Assembly (NCBI GenBank): GCA_008369845.1
Contig: MRSU01007641.1
Location: 1 to 40,222 of the forward strand
Source of the DNA: Trichomonas gallinae
Taxonomy: Eukaryota
Direction of reading: 5' to 3'
Length of the DNA: 40,222 nucleotides
The notes beneath the pieces are model-generated. The model ran no database searches and was not told the origin of the DNA. It was given only the letters and a program-made list of their open reading frames with translations. A program made the position numbers and the translations under genes. Below are positions 17,986 to 29,300 of the stretch, piece by piece (the first letter of the stretch is position 1; each line of letters starts with the position of its first letter).

Positions 17986-20847
17986 TTAAATCTCAACTTG
18001 CTGATCTTCGCCAAGTACTTTTTGATCAAGAGAGTGATCGGTGGCTTCACTTGCCTCAGTTTTGCCTTTCTTCTTCCTCCTTTGCTTAATAACCCACATT
18101 GCAATGATAGCGAAAACAGCCAATAAAACAACAACTAAGAATATAGGAAGAACTTCCAGGACGATTATCCACTTCAGTGGCAATGTAGCGGCAACTGTCG
18201 CAGTAACCGCATTCTGTGAGATAGGATATATGTATATGTAGTTCCTTGCATTCAATGTTTCATTCTTTCCGGCGATAATTGTGCATTCATCTGCCGACGC
18301 AACACCTTTGTAAACATCTTGTGAATGACAAACAATGAATCGAACGGATGCCGAAGGATCCTTCAAGCTGACAGTGTATAACCTCCTAATGACTCCAATT
18401 GGATCGAAATACAAAATAGTTGGCTCTCTCTCAGGAAGTGTTATCGTTTCTGCCTCGTTGAGAACTTTCGCTTTTAGTCCGCAATTATATCCATAGTAAC
18501 TATCTTTGCACACACAAATTCCACTTGATGAGCATGTTCCATGGCTTCCGCATCCGCTGATACAGCTGTTCTCTTTATTAACCTGCAGTATTGGGTTCGT
18601 GTTATCAACATCACCTGTTATAGCAATTGCGAAGAAAATATTTTTCTCGAGTGAATATTCGTTGGACAAAATATGCAATTCATACGTTCCCGGTGCTACT
18701 TCATCTTCTGTCAATAATACTCTCTCGTTTGTCGAAAACTGTTCAGTTGAACCAGACTCGAATTGATTTCCAGTGTAAACTTTTCCATTCTGGTGAATAA
18801 GATAAATATCAAGATCGGCAAATAAAGGAGCAACATACTTCTGCATTGTTGCGTCAATATATGACATTGTTACGCTTAATCTGCATTTTCCATTAACTTT
18901 AAATGTAGTCTTATGATGCTCAAACGAGCCAATCGTCAAATTATCTGCAAACAAAAGTTTTGATTCGATTAAATTAGTCAAAACAGGATAACCAAATCCT
19001 CTTAAATTATCTGGAGTTCTCTTCGATATCATAGGAACTGCTGAATTTATCAATAATGCTCTCATTAAAGCTGAACTTGGTGTATAGCCTATTCCACTGT
19101 TCTTCGCGTTTGATTTGTACCATCCTTCTTGTATGTATTGTCTGACAATAGCAGCGAGACCAGAAACTAAAGGCGTGGCCATTGATGTTCCGCGCTTCGA
19201 TACTAATGCTGATCTATCGCACGACCCTGGCACATTAGTTTTTCCGCCAGAGCAAGCTGATATCAATGGATGGCCAGGCGCCGAAATGTCTGGCTTCAGC
19301 AAACCATTAACTGATGGGCCTTGAGATTGGACGAATGAATGATCTATTTGTGCATCTTGCGTTGCTCTAAGGATTATACTGCCTGATGTGAAATCAAAGT
19401 CAGATGTCGTTGAAAACACAGGACTCTTGTCGATATCAGTGACAAGGGGAGAATTGACTACAATGACCGCTCTTGCTCCGTATTCAAAAGCATCAGCAAT
19501 ATTACTGGCATCTGTAAGTTTTACAATTTTTCCATGGAATTCGCTTTCATGGTTATAGTCGACAATTGGTACATTCGACAGCCATGCGCTTTCATTCTTT
19601 AGTGTGCTTGAGAAGTAGTCTGTATGTGTTGATTGAATAAGTTTAACGGTTCTTCCGTCTGCTGATTCCAAATACAAATTATTTCCACTGCTGCTTTCGA
19701 ATTTGTATGAAGCCGCATTCGTCGTTAAACCTATTCCCAGTGTGTTCTTGCCCGTGGCTGGAGCTGTAATAGAAATAGGTCTCTTGGCATTTCCTGTCGC
19801 AAATATAAACGTTATGTATGGATATTTTTCTGCAATAGAATCATACATAAATTCGACGTTGCCTGGGTCTTCTGAATATCCCCATGAATTCGATGAAATT
19901 CCGGATCCCATTTCTACCATGCGCTGCGATGTCAATTCCAGATCATAGTCGGCGCTGACATCATCGCGAATTTCTGCTTTGCCAATATCTGTCATGTAAA
20001 TTTTTGCGCCTGGTGCAGCACCATTGTAAACTTTCATTCCGCAGCCATCGCAGACTGCAGCACCTGCTGCTGATCCTGCAACGTGAGTGCCATGGCCTTC
20101 TCGCGCATCCTGAGAATCAACCCAATCATCTATTCTTACAATTTTGCGGTGTTCAAGATTTGTCGTATTTATTGGAGCTCTGTGTAATTTGTCGTAGAAG
20201 AAACAGTTGAATTCGTCAATTCCAGTATCTACAATATTAATTATTTGACCAGTGCCATCAAGCCCCATTTTATATAGTTTTCTGCCAGCTAGAGGCACTG
20301 CATGTAGTTCTGGTTCTGTTGTTTCGCCATTTAAAAGTAGAGGGATTTCATATCTATTCAGCGCTTCTCTATTCGGTAATAATCGATATGAGGCAATTCT
20401 TTCATCATTATCAAGTGATTCGATTGATAATACATGATTAACAACGTAAAAATTTTCTGAAATTTGCCTTGACTTTAATGAATTGTCGCGTGGCATCCAA
20501 TTTGGAATCGCGTGAACCAAGTATTTTGTATTTTCTGCATTACTCAAAACTGTTTTTTGTGGAGAACGAATTTGTTTAAAAATATCAAAATTTTCGGAAT
20601 TTATTAGATAATATTGTTGTGAATCGTTTAAATAATGATGAAACCATCCATTTGCAACCATATTATGTGGTTGTAAATGAATATTATAAGCGTTCTTCAG
20701 ATTTTCCAATTCGGAATAATTCAATAATGATGCAACACGTATGAAAAACCAGCCACTAACTCCGGTATCAGCTACAGTTCGCTTGTACACCTTAGAATAG
20801 TTGTAGCTGTCATAAACTAAAAAAGGAGAAGTGACCCTGTTATGCAT
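17986..20847 (-). CDS. Subtilisin-like serine peptidase (family S8, KP-43/TagC-like) with PA-like insert, beta-barrel, EGF-like domain and C-terminal TM helix
   Basis: Catalytic motifs IVDTG, HGTHVAG, SNSWG, ATGN, KPDISAPG, GTSMATP. EGF-like CISGCGSHGTCSSSGICVCKDSYYGYNC. Hydrophobic WIIVLEVLPIFLVVVLLAVFAIIAMWVI followed by KQRRKKK. Confidence 0.95.
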   Translation of the reverse strand: MHNRVTSPFLVYDSYNYSKVYKRTVADTGVSGWFFIRVASLLNYSELENLKNAYNIHLQPHNMVANGWFHHYLNDSQQYYLINSENFDIFKQIRSPQKTVLSNAENTKYLVHAIPNWMPRDNSLKSRQISENFYVVNHVLSIESLDNDERIASYRLLPNREALNRYEIPLLLNGETTEPELHAVPLAGRKLYKMGLDGTGQIINIVDTGIDEFNCFFYDKLHRAPINTTNLEHRKIVRIDDWVDSQDAREGHGTHVAGSAAGAAVCDGCGMKVYNGAAPGAKIYMTDIGKAEIRDDVSADYDLELTSQRMVEMGSGISSNSWGYSEDPGNVEFMYDSIAEKYPYITFIFATGNAKRPISITAPATGKNTLGIGLTTNAASYKFESSSGNNLYLESADGRTVKLIQSTHTDYFSSTLKNESAWLSNVPIVDYNHESEFHGKIVKLTDASNIADAFEYGARAVIVVNSPLVTDIDKSPVFSTTSDFDFTSGSIILRATQDAQIDHSFVQSQGPSVNGLLKPDISAPGHPLISACSGGKTNVPGSCDRSALVSKRGTSMATPLVSGLAAIVRQYIQEGWYKSNAKNSGIGYTPSSALMRALLINSAVPMISKRTPDNLRGFGYPVLTNLIESKLLFADNLTIGSFEHHKTTFKVNGKCRLSVTMSYIDATMQKYVAPLFADLDIYLIHQNGKVYTGNQFESGSTEQFSTNERVLLTEDEVAPGTYELHILSNEYSLEKNIFFAIAITGDVDNTNPILQVNKENSCISGCGSHGTCSSSGICVCKDSYYGYNCGLKAKVLNEAETITLPEREPTILYFDPIGVIRRLYTVSLKDPSASVRFIVCHSQDVYKGVASADECTIIAGKNETLNARNYIYIYPISQNAVTATVAATLPLKWIIVLEVLPIFLVVVLLAVFAIIAMWVIKQRRKKKGKTEASEATDHSLDQKVLGEDQQVEI

Positions 20848-20878
20848 CTTTTTTGTATAAAAATTAAATGGGGTCTAA

Positions 20879-21006
20879 CACCTTAAGGTTTTTATCAATT
20901 TTGTTTTATCAACTAAATTATCAACTAAATCAATAAGGCGCTGATATCCATTCTTCCCAACGAAACCCTTTATTATTAAGGCCGCAGATGCATTATCACC
21001 TTAAGG
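20879..21006. repeat. Segment bounded by 10-bp direct repeats CACCTTAAGG with an internal 12-bp tandem duplication
   Basis: caccttaagg at 20879-20888 and 20997-21006; ttatcaactaaa x2 at 20906-20929; extra taaggc at 20934 and 20977. Confidence 0.7.
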
Positions 21007-21282
21007 CTGTAAATGATTTAATATCTCAAAAACAAATTGACAGATGTCAAAAAACGTGTTTTTCAGCCCAAAGAACAAAAATCTGTGATTGTTCATTTTT
21101 CAATCAAATATAGCAAGAATAAGAGAATGAAACTCAGAACTGTACAACAAATTTACACCAAACTTGATTTAAACTGTGTAACTAAAAAAAGGAATCATTG
21201 GATTTTTAGTTTTGCAGAAAGTGATACTTTTACTTACTTTTTGTCAAAATAATATTGAATCAATCATTTCATTATAAATTTA

Positions 21283-21518
21283 ATGGCTGAGAATATTGGA
21301 GTCGAGTATGAAGAATTGATTCGTATTCATCTGCAAAAATACACTGAAGAAATCAACCAGAAACATTTGATGAGAATGGCAGAACTGCATTGATGATTGC
21401 AGCACTCATCAATATCGTTGATTTTATTTTCAAAGATGAATCAATTATAGTGCCAGCATCAAGATTTCATCACCCTAACATGTAACACTCTATCCATGGT
21501 GCTTACATTGGAAATTGA
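21283..21518 (+). pseudogene. Ankyrin-repeat gene remnant
   Basis: MAENIGVEYEELIRIHLQKYTEEINQK, then a frameshift to DENGRTALMIAA (21369-21404), a canonical ANK motif. Stops follow. Confidence 0.65.
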
Positions 21519-21743
21519 GTTCCACATAAAGGAAATTTTACAATATTTATAATCTAAAAGAAAAATCATCATGAAATTCTAGAAGTTTACATAAGTCTCA
21601 AAAATGAGAAAATATGGACTTCTCTTTATGCAACAACACTTTTTTGTTATGCGAAAAACTATTTCAGTCTACAATAACTAACATATTTTAAGAATATTGA
21701 TTGAATAAAAATACAAACATATTTTTATAATAAAAAATCAAAA

Positions 21744-23144
21744 TTAATCCCAAATTTGACCGAAAAGAAGTTTTTCGTCTGCTTCTTTCTCAGCCAATTC
21801 CTTTCTGGCTTTGTCTTCCTCTTCCTGCCTGCTCTGTCCCTTCTTAGGAATGATTCTTTCAACGAGAGGTCGGCCGTGTTTCCTTTCTATAGGTTTGTTC
21901 GCCAGTTCAATTGCTTTCTTGACTTTCTCAGCTTGTGCAGTCTGTTTCTCTTCTTGGTCTCTTGTTCTCTTAAGATCTCTCCTCTCCCTCTCTTTCTCCA
22001 AAGCCAAAGATTTCACGAGCGATGGATCCATCTTCTCCAATCTAATGATTAAGTCCTCCATCTTGTTTTCAATGCGTCGAAGCATCATAGCGATATCGTT
22101 AGTGCTCGTCGCATCGTAGCCGAGGCCTTTGTGGAATGCTATAATATCCTGCTGAATCCTGATGTACTCTTCCTCGCCAAGCTCATTTCCGTACTTAAAC
22201 TCGCCGTCGATCTTGTATAGACCGTTTTTCTCTTTCGTCATTTCCAGTTCTTTTTCTTTTTCTTCTTTATTCAGGTTCATTTCTTTTAAGCCGCCTTCTC
22301 TGCTTTGAAGCAATTCATTGAACTTAGCCCTGTAACGCTCGACTGCCTCCTCTGCTTCCTGGCAGTGCCTGATGAGAAACATGTTCTGTTCTTCAAGAGA
22401 AGCGATGATATTAATTAATTGATCTGGATTTGTGAAGTAAATTTCATCTGGATGGGCTTTTCGCCAATCTGGTGGTGTCAATGATTCCAAAAACTGCTGA
22501 TACTCTTGGCATTCTTGGAGTTTTTCGTCTTGATGCGCAATTTCATTTCTTAACGTGGAAATCTGGCTTGAAACTTGCTTGATCTTCATAGATACTTCTA
22601 ACCTCTCTTTTGCTTTCTTTTCAGCTGCTTTTCCTGCATCCATAGTAGCTTTACCATCTTGTTCGATAAAAGTGGAGAACTGTGTCTTAAACAGATTAAT
22701 TTCAGCTGCTTTAGCCTTAAGAGCAGACTCTTCTTCCTTTTCCAGCTTCTCTAGCCTTTGCAATTCTTCTCTTTTTGTATCAATCGCAAGTTGAGCGAGA
22801 AAAATCTCTCTTTTCTGTGAAATGAAATCTTTTAGTCCTTCTCTGTTCTTTGATGAATCCGGTGGTGGTATTAATTGATCCAGCGCTTTTTGCTCAGCTG
22901 ATATTGGCTGAGTGGTGACTTGTGTAAGATGACGGAAGTTGTCACGTACAGATGATAGATTAAGAAGTCTTGAACGTGACTGTCTTGTCGTATTCTTCAT
23001 TTGGTTGTGGATTGCGAATGATTCTTTGTTGTCTGGTATTCGAAATGGATTCGGAGGGCGTGTGTAGATAGGCTTCTCGTTCGATCTGTCTGTTCCGGAT
23101 CCTGAGGCAACTTCATCTGCTGTCTCCAGCTTTTCTTTTGACAT
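21744..23144 (-). CDS. CFAP100: Cilia/flagella-associated protein, CFAP100/CCDC37-38 family (DUF4200)
   Basis: FISQKREIFLAQLAIDTKREELQRL and IYFTNPDQLINIIASLEEQNMFLIRHCQEAEE match family motifs. First ATG is 23144 (track uses TTG 23150). Inr TCACTTT at 23167-23161. Confidence 0.85.
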   Translation of the reverse strand: MSKEKLETADEVASGSGTDRSNEKPIYTRPPNPFRIPDNKESFAIHNQMKNTTRQSRSRLLNLSSVRDNFRHLTQVTTQPISAEQKALDQLIPPPDSSKNREGLKDFISQKREIFLAQLAIDTKREELQRLEKLEKEEESALKAKAAEINLFKTQFSTFIEQDGKATMDAGKAAEKKAKERLEVSMKIKQVSSQISTLRNEIAHQDEKLQECQEYQQFLESLTPPDWRKAHPDEIYFTNPDQLINIIASLEEQNMFLIRHCQEAEEAVERYRAKFNELLQSREGGLKEMNLNKEEKEKELEMTKEKNGLYKIDGEFKYGNELGEEEYIRIQQDIIAFHKGLGYDATSTNDIAMMLRRIENKMEDLIIRLEKMDPSLVKSLALEKERERRDLKRTRDQEEKQTAQAEKVKKAIELANKPIERKHGRPLVERIIPKKGQSRQEEEDKARKELAEKEADEKLLFGQIWD

Positions 23145-23874
23145 CCTCAAAATCTTTGTAAAAGTGACAAAAACTCGTTTTTATCAAATTCGTTTTCATT
23201 TGGATGCAATATTTGATATCTACATAATGCATAGATCTAATATATTAACTTAATTCATTAAAATTAAATATTATATAAATAAATTCAAGTTATAATCTTC
23301 AAAAATTAGTAAAATTACAGCTATAGTATATATCGATATATACTTCGTGTAGAGATGATATTAGTCTTCTGTAACAGATTATGATAATAATCATCACATG
23401 AAGACTTTCCTTTATACCGAAATCGCCGAGAAATTAGATAAAATTGATAAATTTATAAATCAAAATACGTCAATTACATGAGAAAATGATATATATAAAC
23501 TAGCTAGAAAATATACAATACGCAGGTATGATCGTACTAATGGATCTGAGAAAAATAATTTTTTGGAATAACATTACGATACTGACCATGAAATCTGATT
23601 TGTATCATTAACACTAGTTCAATATATTATAATGTCATTGTTTACATTATATTTTGATCATATTTTTGTTCAAAATGATTAAATTAGAATAATCTTTGAA
23701 TTACTATAGCTAAGACAAGTGCAATATACTTGCATATGGTAAATCCAAACACAATTAATCAACTACATCGTTTTTGAAATCTAGAAGAATAAATAATAAC
23801 GAATTTGAATAATTTCTAGAACAATAATAATTGACCGAGATTGTTCTCATACAAATTGATATATCTGCTTTGGC

Positions 23875-24082
23875 TGATTTTATTAATTAGTAAAATATCA
23901 TTGAAAAAAGATAAATCATAATCTTTGCATCACAAGTAGACATAGATGGCAATACTTATATCAATTTACATATATGTTATACTTGATTTTTATTAATTGA
24001 GTGAAATATCATTCGAAATAATCGAATATTTTTATCATAATCCTAGCATCACATGTAGACATAGACGAGAATACTCATGTCA
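23875..24082 (+). repeat. Degenerate ~90-100-bp tandem duplication
   Basis: Copies at 23875-23963 and 23984-24082 share tgattt(t)tattaatt, aaatatcatt, atcataatc, gcatcaca, gtagacataga, aatact. Confidence 0.8.
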
Positions 24083-24305
24083 TGAGTAAGCATGCAAATG
24101 AGCTATTATTGATTCATTACAGCAGTTAGAAATAGGCACTTTTTTCTTCCGATTTCTCAAAAAAAAAAATGTAAGAATCATTTTAAAGCGATAACCAGAT
24201 TAAAACCATTTTAAAGCTGCGAAATTAAAAAGATTAAATAAACGTTGTCACTTTTAATCCATCGTCTAAAATTTGAGAGCTATCGTTCTGTGAATTTTAG
24301 AAAAA

Positions 24306-25478
24306 ATGGGCAATGATCAGAGCGTAGATCCCACTGATTATGCGAGGCCATTCCAGAAGGATGTCTACCTCCCAATCGGTGGTGCGAGATCTAGCGAAGA
24401 TCGTCAGCAAACCTTCGGTTTTGCAGTTGATAAAGACTCTACACGACAGAAACAGACATTAGTAAAAAGCGCATTCAGTGGCATCTGGTCGACGTATACT
24501 CCGTCCAGTCTCGCACCTGATCCAAGAACTGGCCATTTCACAGTTTTTGATCAAGATGAGCGAAAAGTATACGTTGGATACGGAATGCTTGAAAGTGGTG
24601 AAATGGTATTCGATCTCTGGTGCCTAGATCTGCACCATATGCAATGGACACTGATGAAAACTACTGGCGAAACTATTTCACCTCGCACAGGATCAAAAGC
24701 AGTCCTTTACAAAAATTCTATCATCGTTTTTGGAGGATATGCTGATTCAACATATTTCTCCGACATTCATTACATCAATCTTTCGAATCTTGAACTTAAA
24801 TTCTTACAAACGACCGGTGACTTGCCCCAATCTCGATCATCTCCTATCATGGAAGTGGTCAACGACAAATTATACTTGTGGGGTGGCTTCAACGGAAATT
24901 GGATAAGCGAACTCAATGTTTTGGACCTAAAGACGCTCGAATGGAAGGTTTATCCACAGAATATCATTGGAAGAGCTAATATCCCATCCGTTGTTTACCA
25001 AAACCACATTTTAGCATATGGCGGTTCAAAGTCCGGCGGTCTTTTGGACATCGACACAGAGAATAACGTAGTACAGATTGTTCAAACGACAGGACCAGCG
25101 CCGCCGCCAGCTGCTTTAGCATCTGGAATGGTTCTTATCCAAGATCATATTATTTTCTTCGGAGGAAGAACCGAATTTGAAGGAAGCTTAGTTTACGCCT
25201 GCAATCTCACGAAGAGGTGGTGGTTCGTATTTCATGTTCTCCCTGATGGACAAACTGCTTCATTGGAGGACGGAACCATTAGCGACATGGGCCTCTTCAT
25301 GATTCCAAAGTTCCACTCATTTAGTGCTATTTATGATGGCTATTCGAGAACAATTTTATCGTTCCTCGGAGAACCATATCTCTCTTATCCTGTCATACAC
25401 AAATTCGAGGTTGCTGACGCTCTTGCCCACCTCAACTTACGAGAAGATATGACAGATATACTTAGCTTACAGAAATAA
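24306..25478 (+). CDS. Kelch-repeat beta-propeller protein with N-myristoylation motif
   Basis: PDPRTGH, SPRTGS..IIVFGG, LYLWGG, LAYGG, IIFFGG kelch repeats. N-terminus MGNDQS. Stop reads TAAA. Confidence 0.92.
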   Translation: MGNDQSVDPTDYARPFQKDVYLPIGGARSSEDRQQTFGFAVDKDSTRQKQTLVKSAFSGIWSTYTPSSLAPDPRTGHFTVFDQDERKVYVGYGMLESGEMVFDLWCLDLHHMQWTLMKTTGETISPRTGSKAVLYKNSIIVFGGYADSTYFSDIHYINLSNLELKFLQTTGDLPQSRSSPIMEVVNDKLYLWGGFNGNWISELNVLDLKTLEWKVYPQNIIGRANIPSVVYQNHILAYGGSKSGGLLDIDTENNVVQIVQTTGPAPPPAALASGMVLIQDHIIFFGGRTEFEGSLVYACNLTKRWWFVFHVLPDGQTASLEDGTISDMGLFMIPKFHSFSAIYDGYSRTILSFLGEPYLSYPVIHKFEVADALAHLNLREDMTDILSLQK

Positions 25479-26305
25479 ATTATGTTTTAATAGAATTTCC
25501 TTCAAATTATCCAGAGATCGCTTAATCATATTTTGTAAAGTATATATGTTCTTTTATTCTACATAAATTTTAGTTAATTTTTTCAAAAAAATTCAATCGA
25601 AAATAATTTCGTAATTTGAAACGAAAAATAAATTATAGATGAATTATAGAACAAAATCACTTATTTAGATTTTTCCAAAAATGTTTATAAATTTGCATTT
25701 TTCAAAATGACTCATTACAAATTTAAATATTATAATAATGATTTTTTGACTTCTTCAATAAGAAACATCAAAAATTGGAGAATTTGAAGCATGATATTAG
25801 ATTCATTAGAAGGAATATATTCTATGTACAGAATATTGCTATGGATTATAGCTTAATATTTCTGAATTCAGATAAAAAAAATGGAAATTAATTATTAATC
25901 CGAAATACTTTAAGGAGAAATGATATTCTCCACAGTCAAAATTACTATAAATTTTATTATTTTTGTGATTGAAATTTCAAAAAATAGGATTTGAAAAGTT
26001 AGGAGAAGAAAATTAAATTAAGTAAAGTGAATACAATTCATAGACAAACAGTTAATACTTATTCATGTAGAGCAAATTTGGAAATAATTTGTAAAAAAGT
26101 AAAATATTTAATAATTCAATAGATGAAAGGGAATAGTGATATAATAACTAATCAATATTGCCAAAAATCAAATGAATTTCATCAAATAAAGAAAAATAGC
26201 GAAAAAACGAGAAATTCAGCTATATTATGTGCTAAAATGTTAAAATAGAGCGAGGAGTGATAAAATAAAGTCCTTGTCAAAATACTGTTTATAAATTTTT
26301 TCTAA

Positions 26306-29300
26306 ATGAGCACTCCACGCAAGGCAGGAATGTCAGGCGTAAAGGAGCACCTTAGACAAAATTACGAAGCAGTTCCTAAGGCACTGGCAGGAGCACTTCA
26401 AAATAACAGCGTCCTTCACGCCGAAAATCAGCAATTAAAAGCTAAGCTGAAAGACAAAGAAATTTTGATTAGGAGTTTAAAGGAAGAAAATATGTCATTG
26501 AGGCTTGGAGGAAATCAGTCGTCCAAAATCAAAGACATGGAAGATCACGTAACTGAAATCGCAATTAAATACAAGAAGCAGCTAAATCAGGCAGAATTAC
26601 AATATCTTTCTAAATTCCAAGAACAACAAAACAAAATACAAGATTTTGAAACTAAAATTCAGCAATTACAAGAAAATATGAGAAAAACTGAAGACACTCT
26701 CGGAAAAGCAGAACAGAATCGATCTAAAAATAAGAAGAAGATAGCTGAACTGAATAAACAAATTACCCAGCTTCAGAAAGATCTTGAAACTAATTTAGAG
26801 TTAAAGCAGCAGGCTGAAACTATGGCATCCCAATATGCCCTTAAGATTGATCGTTCTGAGAAGCAGATCCAGGAATTAACTGCAGAGCTTGAAAATAAGA
26901 CAGTTTCAATAAACGAAAAAGATCAATTAATCGAGCAATTACAGAAGTCTTTGGATTCTATTACTGGCCAAATTGAGGCTAAATATGCTAATGTCCAGAA
27001 TGAGCTTGAATTAAAGCAGGAAATTTTGGATAAACTCAGCAAGAACCCAAAGAATGCTAATATTATTGCAAGGATTGAGAGCTACGAAAAATCAGCCAAT
27101 AAACTTAACGACAGCGTTCATGAAGTTACAGAAAAATTATCTCAATCTCAAATCAACGAAGAAGACGAAATAACTGCATCGGCTCTTGATATATCAATTC
27201 CACCAACAGGAAATTCTGCTCTTCTTGAAGAAAATCAAAATTACAAATATGAAAATCTCGAATTGAAGGAAAAAGTTAAACAATTAGAAGAGGAATTACA
27301 TAAATTCAGCAACCAACAAAATATTGAAGCAGAAAAAATTAATTCTGATCTCGCAAACTCATTGGAAGCTGCAAATCAATCATTACAAGAAATTAACGAT
27401 GAAAATCTCAAAATTATTCAAGTCTTACAAGATGAGAACGAAGAGCTTAAGAAACGCATCGAATCGAACAACGAGAAAGAAGTTCAAACAGAAATTATCG
27501 AACTTCGCGAAATTAACAATAAATTACTTTTAGAAAAAGAAGAAACAAACCGAAAGCTTCATGAATTCGAACAGCGTATCGAGACTTACAAGAAAGAGTT
27601 GGAAATTCGCAAGCAATTCGAAAATGAAAATCAACTTTTGAAGAAGACGATTGAGGAGCTCAAAGCACTCATGCAATCCAAGGAAATACAAAAGAAGGAT
27701 GACATCTTGCTTCCAAATCCATCTCCAATGAAGAAACCAACAAGAGAATTATCTCCACAAGATGAAGACGAAGTTAACGCTTCTGAGATGAATATTTCTG
27801 TTGTAGGCGATTCAGAAAACCAGAATGAGGTCGAAGCTCTCAAGAAACACATCGGTCTTCTTGAAGTTCAATTACAATTAGCAAAAGCTGAAAGTTCTCA
27901 AAGCTTATTTAACGAGTCACTACAAGAAGTCATCAATGAGTTGCATGAAGAAAACAAACAATTGTCAAATGAAGTTGATAAGCTTTCAAAGGAGGTAGAG
28001 ACAAAGTCAAATCAATTAGTCGAATTACAGCAGCGCTATGATAAGGCTGAAGAAGAAAATCGCAAATATTCTGAAGCATATAAAGTTTTGAGTGCAGAAA
28101 CAGGCATTATGTCACCAGTTTCATCAGCCAAACACACAAAGTCTTATATGGATCAGCTCGAAACACAAAATCATGACCAGATTGAAGAAATCAAATTAAT
28201 TCGCGAACAAATCGAGATTCTTGAAGGCAAACTCTCAGAAAAGGAGGATGATATCAACCAGAAGAACGATTCCATAGTAAGATTCAACGAAAGACTTGAA
28301 AAGTACAAATCAGAATTAAAGCTTAAAGAAGACGAGATTGCTAAGCTCAGAACCACTAAAGAAGAGCTTGAAAAGGATCTTGAATCACTCAAATTCATGA
28401 ACGCTTCACTTGAAGAAGAATCTAACAGGACAATCATTAAATTATCAGCAGCAGAAAACTCTTTGATAGAGAAAACAGAGCAAATCAAGTCTATCGAACA
28501 GAGCCTTGAAGCAATTAAGCAGGATCTAGCTGCAAAGACAAAAGAAGCCGAAAATCTTCAAAAGAAGATCGAAACACTCGAAAACGAAAACAAGATCGCA
28601 AACGACATGATCAACGAGTACAAGCGCGAGCTCTCCAATCTCACAGGCAACAAGGACTCAACACCAAAGTCATCAGCTAAAAACGTCAAGCAAGAATTAG
28701 ACGAGAAAGACAACAAGATCAAATCTCTCGAAGAACAAATCAAGCGTATGAAAGAACTCAACAACTCTGTTGCAGCAAAGATAGAAAGCGAGATGAAGAA
28801 CGTCCAGGCCCGCCTTGCGCTTGAAGAAAAGCGCGACGAAGACCAGACGAATCAAATCGCCAAACTGGAGAAAGATATCAAATCTCAAATCGAACAGAAC
28901 AAGAAGCTGACAGATCTACTTGACAACCTAAGAATGACAGAGAGAGAACTGGCAAATGAGCACTACAAGCAGATAAGCGAGTTCCAAGAGAAGGATAAGA
29001 AGAACCAGCAGACGATCGAAGACTTGAAGAATGAGATCGCGACATATAAGTCTTCTCTCTCTGAATTATCAGGCGATCCAACAACTACACCGAGGTCATC
29101 TGTCAAGTCAGCCAAGTCGCAAATGGCTTCAATGGAAGAAGAGCTCGTAGAGAAAGAGCACCAGTTCCTGGAATTAATGGAATTAACAGATCAGCTCAGG
29201 ATCGAAATCGCGAACATGAAGAGCGACCAAGGCGAAAAGGCTTCACTTGTCTCCGAAATGGAGAAACTCAAGGCAGAAATAGAGAAGCTCAAGGAAGAAA

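Noticed and set aside
25861..25872. 12-bp palindrome tctgaattcaga
   Set aside because: Isolated and within chance expectation.
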